From Patescibacteria group bacterium (GTDB lineage Bacteria; Patescibacteriota; Patescibacteriia; Patescibacteriales; WJLG01): a stretch of 56,969 nucleotides of DNA. The stretch lies in NCBI GenBank assembly GCA_041652555.1, contig JBAZHE010000005.1:7547-64515 (forward strand), read 5' to 3'. Position numbers and translations under genes: made by a program. Below, in pieces: positions 36,614-46,067 of this stretch (positions within the stretch are counted from its first letter, which is position 1; the number at the start of each line of letters is the position of its first letter). A model generated the notes under the pieces. It saw only the letters and a list, made by a program, of their open reading frames with translations, searched no databases and was not told where the DNA came from.

Positions 36614-37381
36614 GTGGGTAAAATAATCGCTGTTGTCAATCAAAAAGGAGGCGTTGGAAAAACCACCACAGCTGTGAATTTGGGGGCTTATTTGGCGCAT
36701 TTCGGTAAACATGTTCTTTTAGTTGATGTTGATCCACAAGGCAATGCCACTTCTGGAATCGGCATAAATCCGCGCGAGTTGGAACACGGTTTATATGAAG
36801 CTTTAATTGACGAAAAACATATTTCTGAGATTATAAAAAGGACTAAGCATGATCGTTATAGTGTTGCACCTTCTACACCATCCTTGGCCGGTGCCGGCGT
36901 TGAATTAGTTTCAATGAACGATCGTGAATTTCGTTTAGCGCGTGTTTTAGAAAAAGTTCAAGGCGAATATGATTATCTTCTTATCGATGCACCGCCATCA
37001 CTTGGGCTTTTAACGGTTAATAGTTTGGTGGCGGCCGATGAGGTTTTGATTCCAATCCAAAGTGAGTATTATGCCCTAGAGGGCTTAAGTCAGCTTTTAG
37101 AAACGATTAATTTGGTACAAAATAATTTAAAGCCGGACTTGGGAATTATGGGCGCCGTAATAACAATGTTTGATCAGCGCAACAAATTATCCTCGCAAGT
37201 AATGAGCGAGCTTTACCAATATTTTCCCAATAAAGTCTTTCGTTCTGTTATTCCGCGTTCTGTCCGTTTAGCCGAAGCTCCGTCTTATGGCCGCTCTATT
37301 TTGCATTATGACCAGAATTCCAAAGGCGGTAAAGCTTACGAAAGATTAGCCAGAGAAGTTTTAGATTTAGAGAATAAATAA
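36614..37381 (+). CDS. parA: ParA/Soj chromosome partitioning ATPase
   Basis: Deviant Walker A NQKGGVGKTTT, DVDPQGNAT, LIDAPPSLG. GTG start. Confidence 0.93.
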   Translation: MGKIIAVVNQKGGVGKTTTAVNLGAYLAHFGKHVLLVDVDPQGNATSGIGINPRELEHGLYEALIDEKHISEIIKRTKHDRYSVAPSTPSLAGAGVELVSMNDREFRLARVLEKVQGEYDYLLIDAPPSLGLLTVNSLVAADEVLIPIQSEYYALEGLSQLLETINLVQNNLKPDLGIMGAVITMFDQRNKLSSQVMSELYQYFPNKVFRSVIPRSVRLAEAPSYGRSILHYDQNSKGGKAYERLAREVLDLENK

Positions 37382-37421
37382 TAATGTCTAGATCTCGAGT
37401 ATTCGGGATGACACATATTTT

Positions 37422-38306
37422 ATGTCTTACGGTCTAGGTAAGGGATTATCTTCTTTAATTCCGCAAAAAACAAACAAAGAATCAACGAGAAGCGTTATCC
37501 GTGAAGATGAATATCACGTTCCTACTCTAACGTCTGATGGAAAAGGTTTTTTTGAGGTAGAGGTTGAAAGAATAGATCCGAACCCGCGTCAGCCACGCAA
37601 GTCTTTTAATGATATTGATATTTCAGAATTAGCTCAATCATTAAAAGACTATGGGGTGATTCAGCCTTTAGTGGTAACAAAAAAAGGCGAGCGCTATGAA
37701 TTGATTGCCGGCGAACGCCGTTTGCGTGCCGCTAAAATGGCTGATTTGAAAAAAGTTCCGGTCGTGGTTCGTGATTATGATGAGCAGAAAAAATTAGAAG
37801 TCGCTTTGGTGGAAAATATCCAACGTTCAGACTTGAATCCAATGGAAAAAGCCATGGCTTATCGCCAGCTGATGGATGATTTTAATTTGACCGTGGAAGA
37901 AACCGCGCGTCGCGTCGGAAAATCTCGTCCACAGGTTTCTAATACTATACGTTTAATGGCTTTACCAGAAGAAATTTGCAATGCTTTATCGCATGGACAA
38001 TTGACTGAGGCGCACGCGATTTATTTAATTGGAATAGATAATCCTGTCCGGCAGATGGATATTTTTCGAAAAATTATTCAAAATAATTGGACAGTGAAGG
38101 AAACCGGCCGTCAAGTGCGACGTTTCGGAGGGACCAAGGAATCCAGGATAAAAGAAGATCCAGCCGACAGAGGTCGTTCTGCCGCTTTTCGCACATTTTT
38201 TGCCGCCAGAGTGGAAATTAAGCGAGAAAACCGCGGTGGAAAAGTAATTATTGATTTTATGACTAATGACGAGTTAGATGAAATGGTTAAAAAAATTAAA
38301 AGTTAA
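37422..38306 (+). CDS. parB: ParB/Spo0J chromosome partitioning protein
   Basis: IDPNPRQPRK, GERRLRAAKMA and an HTH segment. Confidence 0.93.
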   Translation: MSYGLGKGLSSLIPQKTNKESTRSVIREDEYHVPTLTSDGKGFFEVEVERIDPNPRQPRKSFNDIDISELAQSLKDYGVIQPLVVTKKGERYELIAGERRLRAAKMADLKKVPVVVRDYDEQKKLEVALVENIQRSDLNPMEKAMAYRQLMDDFNLTVEETARRVGKSRPQVSNTIRLMALPEEICNALSHGQLTEAHAIYLIGIDNPVRQMDIFRKIIQNNWTVKETGRQVRRFGGTKESRIKEDPADRGRSAAFRTFFAARVEIKRENRGGKVIIDFMTNDELDEMVKKIKS

Positions 38307-38336
38307 AAGTAAGAAGTGAAAATAAAAAAACAAAAA

Positions 38337-38360
38337 TCCGCTTTAAGCGGAATTTGTTTT
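38337..38360 (+). terminator. rho-independent terminator after parB
   Basis: tccgc-tttaa-gcgga followed by a T-rich tail. Confidence 0.55.
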
Positions 38361-38368
38361 ATTAAACA

Positions 38369-39706
38369 ATGAAGAAGACTTATTGCATTATAACTTTTGG
38401 TTGCCAGATGAATAAATCCGATAGCGAGCGTATTGCTGCTTATTTGGAGTTTTTTGGTTTTAAAAATGAGCTAGACAAGAAAAGGGCTGGTTTAGTTGTT
38501 TTAAATACTTGCGGGATTAGGCAAACAGCAGAAAATCGTAATTATGGTTTAATTCCTGATATAAAAAAAGAAAATCCAGGAGTGAAAATTATTTTAGCTG
38601 GTTGTTTGTCGGAGCGCAAAGATGTCATTAGGCGTCTTAGCAAGTGGGTTGATGTTTTTTTACCAATAAAAGATTTACCAGAGCTTTATAAGAAATTAAA
38701 TTTAAAAAAACTTCCCTCTACAAAAAAAGACAATATATTTGGTTCTGGAGATTATCTTGGTATTAAACCAAAAGTAGATTCAAAAATTTCAGCTTATATT
38801 CCTATTGGTAATGGTTGTGATAATTTTTGTTCTTATTGTGTTGTGCCTTTTGCTCGTGGTCGTGAACAATATCGTCCGGCCAATGAAATAATTAAAGAAG
38901 CGGAAGAATTTATTAAAAATAATTATAAAGAAATAATTTTGATCGCCCAGAATGTGAATAGTTATTCAACTGTTGCTTCCAAGAAAGATTTAAAATATTT
39001 TCCAAATAAAAAAAATGGTCAGGCGATAAATTTTGCCGAGCTTTTAGATGTTGTTGGGAGTTTATCGGGAAATTATTGGGTGCACTTTATTTCCAGCCAT
39101 CCAAAAAATATGAGTGATGACTTGATTGAAGTTGTCGCGCGCGGTGGCCGGATTGCTCCCCATGTCCATTTGCCGACGCAAGCGGGCGACGATAAAATTT
39201 TAGCAGTGATGAATCGCAAATACACTGCTAAACACTATTTAAGTCTAGTGAAAAAAATTCGCTTAGCCATCCCCGATGTTGGCCTGTCATCGGATATTAT
39301 TGTTGGTTTTCCCGGCGAAACAAAAAAACAATTCGCGCAATCGGAAAAATTAATGCGTCAGGCAAAATTTGATATGGTCTATACCTCACGCTTCAGTCCT
39401 CGCCCAGGAACCGCAGCTTACAAATTAAAAGATAATGTTTCTTCGGATGAGAAGGCTCGACGAGAAGATGCTTTAATAAAAATTTTAAGACAGACTGCTT
39501 CAAAAAATAATCAAAAATTTTTAAACAGGGAGATTGTTGTATTGGTTGGAGAAAAAAATAAAAGAGGCGAGTGGCTTGGAAGAAATGGACAATACATAAC
39601 TGTTAAAATAAAAGGTGCAGCTGACAAAGAATTAACAGGCAGATTTTCATTAATTAAAATAATCGCCTGCCATGATTTTGGCCTAGACGGAGAATTTGTA
39701 AAATAA
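38369..39706 (+). CDS. miaB: tRNA-i6A37 methylthiotransferase (radical SAM, MiaB family)
   Basis: N-terminal Cys triad (FGCQMN, NTCGIR, GCL), radical SAM CDNFCSYC, C-terminal TRAM-like domain. Adjacent to miaA. Confidence 0.85.
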   Translation: MKKTYCIITFGCQMNKSDSERIAAYLEFFGFKNELDKKRAGLVVLNTCGIRQTAENRNYGLIPDIKKENPGVKIILAGCLSERKDVIRRLSKWVDVFLPIKDLPELYKKLNLKKLPSTKKDNIFGSGDYLGIKPKVDSKISAYIPIGNGCDNFCSYCVVPFARGREQYRPANEIIKEAEEFIKNNYKEIILIAQNVNSYSTVASKKDLKYFPNKKNGQAINFAELLDVVGSLSGNYWVHFISSHPKNMSDDLIEVVARGGRIAPHVHLPTQAGDDKILAVMNRKYTAKHYLSLVKKIRLAIPDVGLSSDIIVGFPGETKKQFAQSEKLMRQAKFDMVYTSRFSPRPGTAAYKLKDNVSSDEKARREDALIKILRQTASKNNQKFLNREIVVLVGEKNKRGEWLGRNGQYITVKIKGAADKELTGRFSLIKIIACHDFGLDGEFVK

Positions 39707-40638
39707 TGGAAAACAATAAATCTAAAGTTATAGTCATTCTTGGTACAACCGCGTCAGGTAAAACTTCGTTAGGGGTGTCTTTGGCGTGTCGTTTTAATGG
39801 GGAGATAATTTCTGCTGATAGTCGCCAAGTTTATTGTGGATTGGATATTGGTTCCGGTAAGGATTTAATTGAGTATGGAGATATAAAATACCACCTTATA
39901 GATGTTGCTGATCCGCAAAATCGTTATTCGGTTGCGCAATACCAACGTGATGCTTTTTTTGCTATTGATGATATTTTAAAGCGAGGGAAGACTCCAGTCG
40001 TTGTTGGTGGTTCTGGGCAGTATTTGGAAGCAGTAGTAGAAAATTATCAGCTCACAGATATAAAACCAGATAATGAATTGAGAGAAAAATTAGAAAATTT
40101 AAGCACTGAAGAATTATTTGCTGAATTAGAAAAGAAAAATCCAGTCTTTGCAGAGAAATTAAATAATAGTGACAAAAACAACAAACGTCGCTTAATTCGT
40201 TATTTAGAAATTAATAATTCCCCTCTTGAGAGGGGTGGGAGCCCAAAGGGCGACGGGGTGTGTGAGGCTGGTAGTGAATACGATTTTTTGCTTCTCGGTT
40301 TAACCTATCCAAAAGAAATTCTCACTGAACGCATTTATAAGCGTTTAATTGAACGCTTAGAAAAAGAAGGAATGATTCAAGAAGTTTCCGATCTCCATGA
40401 CAAAAAAGGCCTTTCTTGGGAAAGGCTTATAGAATTCGGTTTAGAATATAAATTTATCTCCCAATATCTGCAAGAAAAAATAGATTACGATCAAATGGTA
40501 GAATTATTAGATCGTGCCATAAATCAATTTGCCAAAAAACAAATAACCTGGTTTCGTCGTTGGGAGAAAAAAAGAAGAATAAATTGGGTAGAGGATAAAA
40601 AAGAGGCAGAAAAAATGGTAGATGAATTTTTAGAATGA
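39706..40638 (+). CDS. miaA: tRNA dimethylallyltransferase (with in-frame repeat-element insertion)
   Basis: P-loop GTTASGKTS, SADSRQVY, KRQITWFRR-like C-terminus. Residues SPLERGGSPKGDGVCEAG are encoded by the repeat at 40215-40266. Confidence 0.9.
   Translation: MENNKSKVIVILGTTASGKTSLGVSLACRFNGEIISADSRQVYCGLDIGSGKDLIEYGDIKYHLIDVADPQNRYSVAQYQRDAFFAIDDILKRGKTPVVVGGSGQYLEAVVENYQLTDIKPDNELREKLENLSTEELFAELEKKNPVFAEKLNNSDKNNKRRLIRYLEINNSPLERGGSPKGDGVCEAGSEYDFLLLGLTYPKEILTERIYKRLIERLEKEGMIQEVSDLHDKKGLSWERLIEFGLEYKFISQYLQEKIDYDQMVELLDRAINQFAKKQITWFRRWEKKRRINWVEDKKEAEKMVDEFLE
40215..40266 (+). repeat. about 50-bp structured interspersed repeat, copy A (inside miaA)
   Basis: taattcccctcttgagaggggtgggagcccaaagggcgacggggtgtgtga. 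Near-identical to the copy at 46068-46116. Confidence 0.75.
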
Positions 40639-42381
40639 TAAATTTTCTAGCCATTCGTCTTCTTTTTCGGCAATCATTTTTTTTACTTCTTCCAACTCTC
40701 GAACTTTTTCGTAATTATAAGTAGTAGGATTTTCTAAAAAATATTTTAATAATTCCAATTGTTTCAAATTAAGTTTTTCTAATTTTTTTTCTAAAGCTAA
40801 AGCCTCTTTTTTGGCTGCCTTTTTTTCAAGATAATTTTCACTGCGTGGGATTGGTTTCTTTTCTTTTTGTATATTATTTTTTTCTTCCATTTCTAATTCT
40901 TTTTCTAGTTCTTCTACGTACTCCTCGTAATTTTCCAGACGTTGTTTGGCTTGCCCATCTTTTATTTCCAAGAGACTATTGGCGATTAAATTACTAAATG
41001 TTCGATCGTGACTGGCAAAAAGAATTGTGCCATTAAATTTCATTAAAGCTCTACCTAAGGATTCAACAGTTTCAAAATCCAGGTGGCAAGTAGGTTCATC
41101 TAGAATTAAAACATCAGGTTTAGATAGAAGTAGTCCGGCTAAAAGCAGGCGCGACTTTTCTCCACCAGAAAGTACCCCAATAGATTTTTTTAAATCATCG
41201 GCGCGAAACAAAAAATCTCCAGCCATCTTCAAAACCTGCTCGGTTTTTATTTCCGGTCTAGCTAAACGACGTAAATATTCTCCTACCTGCTCCTTATCAC
41301 TTAAATTCTCTATTGGGTCAGCTCCGTGATAGACAATCTTAGAATCGGCTGACCAATGAAAAGAACCGCTTAGGGGTGGCAAAAAACCGGCCAGGGTGCG
41401 CAGTAGAGTGGTCTTTCCTTGGCCATTTAAGCCAAGAATTGCCAATTTCTCGCCGGCTGGCAGGTCAATGTTGATATTCGCCACTACAGCTTTATCGCCG
41501 TAGCCAATGGCCATATTTTTGATTCTTAGGGCGAAATTATGCCGTTTTGGCGCCGGTGGAATATTAATTCTAGTAATACCAGCTTTGTGCTCTATAGTGA
41601 TTCGCTTGGTTTCTAGTTTATTTATTTTTCTAATAAAAGCTTGGGCTTGCTTAGCTTTAGACGCCTTAAAGCGAAAACGCTCAACAAAATCTTGCAAGTG
41701 TTCTTGTTGGCGTTCTAGACTTTTATTGGCCTTAAGCAGGGTGGAAAGTTTTTCTTCTTTAAAAATTAAATAGCTTTCAATGTTGCCGGGATAATGATAA
41801 CAGCCGGTAGAGGAGATATCTAAAGTTTCTTCACAAGTTTTTTTTAAAAATTCACGGTCATGAGAAATTATTAAAAAACTGCCCTTGTATGATTGTAAAT
41901 AATTTTGCAAAAGTAAAAGCGTATTTAAGTCTAGATAGTTAGTCGGTTCGTCTAAAAGAAATAAATTTGGTTCCGCCAAAAGCATGGCGGTAATTTTTAA
42001 ACGCATACGCCAGCCACCAGATAATCCTATTGCTGGTTGTTTAAGTTTTTCTTCGTCCAGCTGAAATTTGGAAGCCAATTTTTTTATAGTCCAATCTTCG
42101 CGTCCACTAGTGTGTTTTAAATATTCAAGTGCGCTTTCATCTTTGGTAAAATCATTTTCTTGCTTTAAATAACTAATGCGCGCTTCATTGCCGATAATAA
42201 TTTTTCCATCATCCGCTTCTTCTTCGCCGGTTAGAATTCTAAAAAGAGTGGACTTGCCAGCACCATTGCGTCCAATAACGCCAATTTTTTGTCGTGTTCG
42301 GACAGCAAAAGTTAGACCGAAAAATATTTTTTGGCCTAAGTAGCTTTTACTTAAATTAGTGGCTTGAAGAAGGATAGACAT
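40630..42381 (-). CDS. ABC-F family ATPase (two ABC domains, coiled-coil C-terminus)
   Basis: Two Walker A motifs (GRNGAGKST, GLNGQGKTT), two LSGG signatures, no TM domain. Confidence 0.9.
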   Translation of the reverse strand: MSILLQATNLSKSYLGQKIFFGLTFAVRTRQKIGVIGRNGAGKSTLFRILTGEEEADDGKIIIGNEARISYLKQENDFTKDESALEYLKHTSGREDWTIKKLASKFQLDEEKLKQPAIGLSGGWRMRLKITAMLLAEPNLFLLDEPTNYLDLNTLLLLQNYLQSYKGSFLIISHDREFLKKTCEETLDISSTGCYHYPGNIESYLIFKEEKLSTLLKANKSLERQQEHLQDFVERFRFKASKAKQAQAFIRKINKLETKRITIEHKAGITRINIPPAPKRHNFALRIKNMAIGYGDKAVVANINIDLPAGEKLAILGLNGQGKTTLLRTLAGFLPPLSGSFHWSADSKIVYHGADPIENLSDKEQVGEYLRRLARPEIKTEQVLKMAGDFLFRADDLKKSIGVLSGGEKSRLLLAGLLLSKPDVLILDEPTCHLDFETVESLGRALMKFNGTILFASHDRTFSNLIANSLLEIKDGQAKQRLENYEEYVEELEKELEMEEKNNIQKEKKPIPRSENYLEKKAAKKEALALEKKLEKLNLKQLELLKYFLENPTTYNYEKVRELEEVKKMIAEKEDEWLENLSF

Positions 42382-42383
42382 GA

Positions 42384-42980
42384 CTATTCTATTTTTAAAA
42401 CTTGATCAAGAACTTTATAAAATAAATCTTTTTTGCTTTTTATTATTTTTTGTCCTTCTGGCATTATTTTATTCCAACCTCTTTCCAGTTTATTTTTTAA
42501 CCAAACAGCGCCTTCATAAGTTTCTAACTTATGAATATTATAGGCCAAGAAAAGCATATCTGGAATACAAGAAAAATGTGACATAGCATCGGCGGAGGCA
42601 AGAATTTTTTCTTCGGTGGTTTCTTTCTTTAATATTACACTACCGCGATGGTTTAAAATGCATTGGGATACAGCCATTATTTTTTCTTTTGGCAGGCCAA
42701 GGTTGGTTAATATTTTTTTTGCTTCTTGGGCACCAATAATGTGATGTCTTTCAGCGTTTTTAAAATTAATTAAGGAAGCGTAATCATGAAGATAGGCGGC
42801 TAATTCCAAGACCTCTGCATCAGCTTTTAATTTCTTAGCCAGTTTCAAAGAATAAAAAGCGACAATTTCTAAATGATACGGCCAAACCGTCGGACCATAT
42901 TTATTAGCCTTAGCATTGTTAGCTTGTAAAACTATCCTCTTAACTTCTTTGAGGATATTTTGATAATTATATTTTTTCAT
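42384..42980 (-). CDS. HD-domain phosphohydrolase
   Basis: H...HD (AAYLHDYASL) and downstream His residues. Confidence 0.7.
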   Translation of the reverse strand: MKKYNYQNILKEVKRIVLQANNAKANKYGPTVWPYHLEIVAFYSLKLAKKLKADAEVLELAAYLHDYASLINFKNAERHHIIGAQEAKKILTNLGLPKEKIMAVSQCILNHRGSVILKKETTEEKILASADAMSHFSCIPDMLFLAYNIHKLETYEGAVWLKNKLERGWNKIMPEGQKIIKSKKDLFYKVLDQVLKIE

Positions 42981-43320
42981 CGGGTTTATTTTTATTTTCC
43001 AAAATTTTTCCAGCTAAAATCGTCATAGCAGGAATCATTAAATAGCCAAGTCCAATTTGAGGTAAATAATCTCCGATAGCTTTTCCCATTGGTACAAGTG
43101 TTACCATATCCAAGACTAAATTCATTACCATCCAGAGAAAGCCTAATAATAATCCTTCCTTGACGTAATTCTTATCGACGATTTTAAAATATTTAATAAT
43201 CAAAAAGGCAGTAAACCAGGTAGCCGAAACTACCATTATATTTTTGAATAATAATTGGTTAATAAGCAGTTCTCCTTTTGGGCTAAAAAATAAAAAAGAA
43301 AATATAAAGGGACTAGCCAA
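42967..43320 (-). CDS. small membrane protein (start uncertain)
   Basis: Hydrophobic 117-aa ORF with a TTG start and no SD. An upstream ATG at 43361 opens a signal-peptide-like 41-codon ORF in another frame. Confidence 0.45.
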   Translation of the reverse strand: MASPFIFSFLFFSPKGELLINQLLFKNIMVVSATWFTAFLIIKYFKIVDKNYVKEGLLLGFLWMVMNLVLDMVTLVPMGKAIGDYLPQIGLGYLMIPAMTILAGKILENKNKPDEKI

Positions 43321-43376
43321 GAAAGAAAACCGAAGACGATAGCTTTTTTGATTGATTTCATAAGAATGTTGTTAAT

Positions 43377-43404
43377 TTGACAATTTTATATTTTAATGTA
43401 TACT
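43377..43404 (+). promoter_or_regulatory. near-consensus sigma70 promoter
   Basis: TTGACA (43377-43382) - 16 nt - TATACT (43399-43404). Points toward the 3' end of the convergent toxin-like gene. Confidence 0.55.
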
Positions 43405-43410
43405 ATAAGT

Positions 43411-43481
43411 ATGATTGTTGGCCTCATTTATTGAGGCTCCGAGATCCCCACTACTCCGCAAGGATGGTGGGTTTCGTTTTT
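43411..43481 (+). ncRNA. candidate about 70-nt sRNA (promoter, two hairpins, U-tract), antisense to the 3' end of the PemK-like gene
   Basis: Hairpin 1 is gcctca-tttat-tgaggc (43421-43437). Hairpin 2 is a 10-bp stem with a GCAA loop (43447-43471), followed by TTTCGTTTTT. The U-tract exists on the + strand only. Confidence 0.4.
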
Positions 43482-43903
43482 ATATCTAGAATTTCAGCTA
43501 GCCTTTCTTTGATTATTAGAAAATCTTCTTTTGATAGAATATTATTTTTCATTTTTCTGATTAATCTTTTGGAACTGATTAGGCGTATCTGTGATAATAT
43601 AAAAATCTTTTTTTCTGCATTACTACTAAGCTCTAAATAATAATAACCTTTCTTTTCTTGTGTTGTTGGTGGAATAGCTAAAAGCGAGTTAGGGTTTATT
43701 TTCTTTAGAATTAAAATCGGTCTTTCAAAGTAACCGTTTTTACCATCAACTTCGTTGCCAATATTTACGCCGACACTGGCCCACCAAATCTCTCTTTCGT
43801 TAAAATAGATAATTCTTTTTTCATTGGAATGAATACGAATTTTTAATTTTGTCCACTCTACCATTTTTTCTAATTTTTCTCGTCCCTCCAATTTTTCCTC
43901 CAT
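43451..43903 (-). CDS. PemK/MazF-like toxin-fold protein (150 aa, N-terminal extension), no adjacent antitoxin ORF
   Basis: REIWWASVGVNIGNEVDGKNGYFERPILILKK ... ILSQIRLISSKRL matches the MazF/PemK SH3-like barrel pattern. Confidence 0.65.
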   Translation of the reverse strand: MEEKLEGREKLEKMVEWTKLKIRIHSNEKRIIYFNEREIWWASVGVNIGNEVDGKNGYFERPILILKKINPNSLLAIPPTTQEKKGYYYLELSSNAEKKIFILSQIRLISSKRLIRKMKNNILSKEDFLIIKERLAEILDIKTKPTILAE

Positions 43904-43911
43904 AAATTGTT

Positions 43912-44430
43912 TTATTTTAAAATTTTATATTTTATCATTAATATATCGTTATCAACTTTTTGAGAATTAGTAAGGGATAATCGTTTTTCAAATTCTTTTG
44001 TTGCAAAGACGGGAATGCCGCCACCAATAAATACTGGCTCAACTATTAAAACAACTTCATCTATTAAATTGTTGATTATAAAGGCGCTGTTAGTCATACT
44101 TCCGCCAGCTAAGACGGCGTTATCAATATTCATAGCCGTGGCTTTTTCAATAGCATCTTCCGGGGATTTGGCAAATACAAACGAAGAATCTGGTTGGAAA
44201 TTATTATTACTAGAAATAACTATTTTTAATTTTGTTTTTATATCATTAAAATTATAATCCGAATATTTTTGTACTGCTTCATAAGCTTTTCTGCCAACAA
44301 TAAGACAGTCGTGCTCCTCGACTGTTTTTACAAAATATTTCCAGCTAGTATCCGATAAAAAGTCTTCCTGACCGTTTTTGTCGGCAATCATACCATTAAC
44401 CGACATTGATGCAAATAAAATTATTTTCAT
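43912..44430 (-). CDS. dihydrofolate-reductase-like protein (RibD C-terminal domain family)
   Basis: MKIILFASMSVNGMIADKNG...LIVGRKAYE...LAGG pattern. Confidence 0.6.
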   Translation of the reverse strand: MKIILFASMSVNGMIADKNGQEDFLSDTSWKYFVKTVEEHDCLIVGRKAYEAVQKYSDYNFNDIKTKLKIVISSNNNFQPDSSFVFAKSPEDAIEKATAMNIDNAVLAGGSMTNSAFIINNLIDEVVLIVEPVFIGGGIPVFATKEFEKRLSLTNSQKVDNDILMIKYKILK

Positions 44431-44536
44431 AATTATTTTTGTAAATTTGGTAATTTAAAAATTATTTCAAAATTGAAAATTCAGAATTTAAAATTAATAA
44501 CCCTATATTCTTTTTATATGACACACAAGGAGGAGG

Positions 44537-46057
44537 TTAATTTAGTAGTTTAATCAAAAGCTCCTGTGCTTTTTTTGGATTAGCTTTTCCTTTTGTTGCG
44601 GCCATAACTTGGCCGACTAGGAATTGAGCAACGTTGGTTTTTCCGGCTCTGTATTGAGTTACTTGGTCTGGGTTTTTATCTAGGACTCCTTTGATAATCC
44701 CCTCTAGAGCGGCGGAGTCGTCCATTTGTTGTAGGCCCATGTCGTCCATGATGTTCGTTGGATCGCCACCTTTTTCGTACATCACACCGAGGATGGTTTG
44801 GGCGGCGGAGGAGTTTATTTTGTCTTGATAAACCAAAGTCATTAATTCGGCGAAGTTTTCCGGAGTGATTTTTATGTCGGTGATGGTTTGATTGTTGCTG
44901 TTTAAGTGTTTAAAAAGTTCACCTACTAGCCAGTTGGCGGAAAGTTTTGATAATTTATTTTTTTGTCTTTCCCAAGAATCGCCAGTGGCAATAATCCAGG
45001 CTTCTAATTCTGAAACTACATGTTCGGCGTAGTCGGCTAATTTTTTGTCGTTAATTAAAATTTCGGCAGTTTCGGAATCAAAACCGTACTCGGCAATGAA
45101 GCGAGCTTTTTTCTCGGCTGGCAATTCTATTAAATGAGTTTTTAATTCTTCTATTTTTTGTCCGGAAGTTTCAACTGGCGGAATATCTGGTTCTGGAAAG
45201 TAGCGATAGTCAGCAGAGGTTTCTTTAAAGCGTTGGTGAACAGTTTTGCCAGTGTTCTCATTCCAACCACGGGTTTCTTGTCTTAATTCTTCACCTTCGG
45301 CTAAGGCCTTTTGTTGTCTTTCTATTTCATAAATAATAGCCTTCTCCATCGCTTTGAAAGAGTTGATATTTTTAACTTCAATTTTTGGGTTTAATTTATA
45401 GTCGCCAAGAGGTTTTATTTCACAATTGCCAAGATATTCCCACTTGCCTTTTTCTTGCAAAGAAATATTGGCTTCACAGCGCATTTCGCCTTTTTCCATA
45501 TCAGCATTAGAAATTCCTAAGTAGCGTAAAGTTTGTTGATAACGCCAAGCGAATTTTTTGGCTTGTTCGGCGGATTTGATTACTGGTTCGGTTACTAATT
45601 CTACTAATGGTGTGCCGGCGCGGTTTAGATCAACCAAAGAATAATCCTTGCCAGTCATGTGGGAGGATTTTCCAGTATCTTCTTCCAAATGAATTCTAGT
45701 GATAGTAACTTTTTCGCCATCAACATCTAGCCAGCCGTCAGCGCAAAAAGGAATTTCAAATTGTGAAATCTGATAACCTTTTGGTAGGTCAGGATAGAAA
45801 TAATTTTTGCGGTCAAATTTGGAAAATTCATTAATTCGGCAATGCAAACCTAAACCAAGAATCATCGTCCAATCAATGGCTTCACGATTAGGATAGGGGA
45901 GAGTTCCAGGATGTCCGAGACAAATAGGACAGGTATTGGCGTTTGGTTCCGCACCTTCGGCTTTGCCATAAACAGTGTTTTGGCAACGGCAGAACATTTT
46001 GGACTTGGTTTTGAGTTCGGCGTGGATTTCCAGGCCGATAATGACATCGTAGTTCAT
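44537..46057 (-). CDS. gatB: Asp/Glu-tRNA amidotransferase subunit B
   Basis: YDVIIGLEIHAELKTKSKMFC...CPICLGHPGTLP, and a C-terminal GatB/YqeY domain. Confidence 0.95.
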   Translation of the reverse strand: MNYDVIIGLEIHAELKTKSKMFCRCQNTVYGKAEGAEPNANTCPICLGHPGTLPYPNREAIDWTMILGLGLHCRINEFSKFDRKNYFYPDLPKGYQISQFEIPFCADGWLDVDGEKVTITRIHLEEDTGKSSHMTGKDYSLVDLNRAGTPLVELVTEPVIKSAEQAKKFAWRYQQTLRYLGISNADMEKGEMRCEANISLQEKGKWEYLGNCEIKPLGDYKLNPKIEVKNINSFKAMEKAIIYEIERQQKALAEGEELRQETRGWNENTGKTVHQRFKETSADYRYFPEPDIPPVETSGQKIEELKTHLIELPAEKKARFIAEYGFDSETAEILINDKKLADYAEHVVSELEAWIIATGDSWERQKNKLSKLSANWLVGELFKHLNSNNQTITDIKITPENFAELMTLVYQDKINSSAAQTILGVMYEKGGDPTNIMDDMGLQQMDDSAALEGIIKGVLDKNPDQVTQYRAGKTNVAQFLVGQVMAATKGKANPKKAQELLIKLLN

Positions 46058-46067
46058 AAAATTGATA

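Noticed and set aside
43377-43640. 87-aa + strand ORF
   Set aside because: It begins at the TTG of a -35 box, is antisense to the PemK-like gene, and contains the hairpin and U-tract terminator. It is likely spurious.
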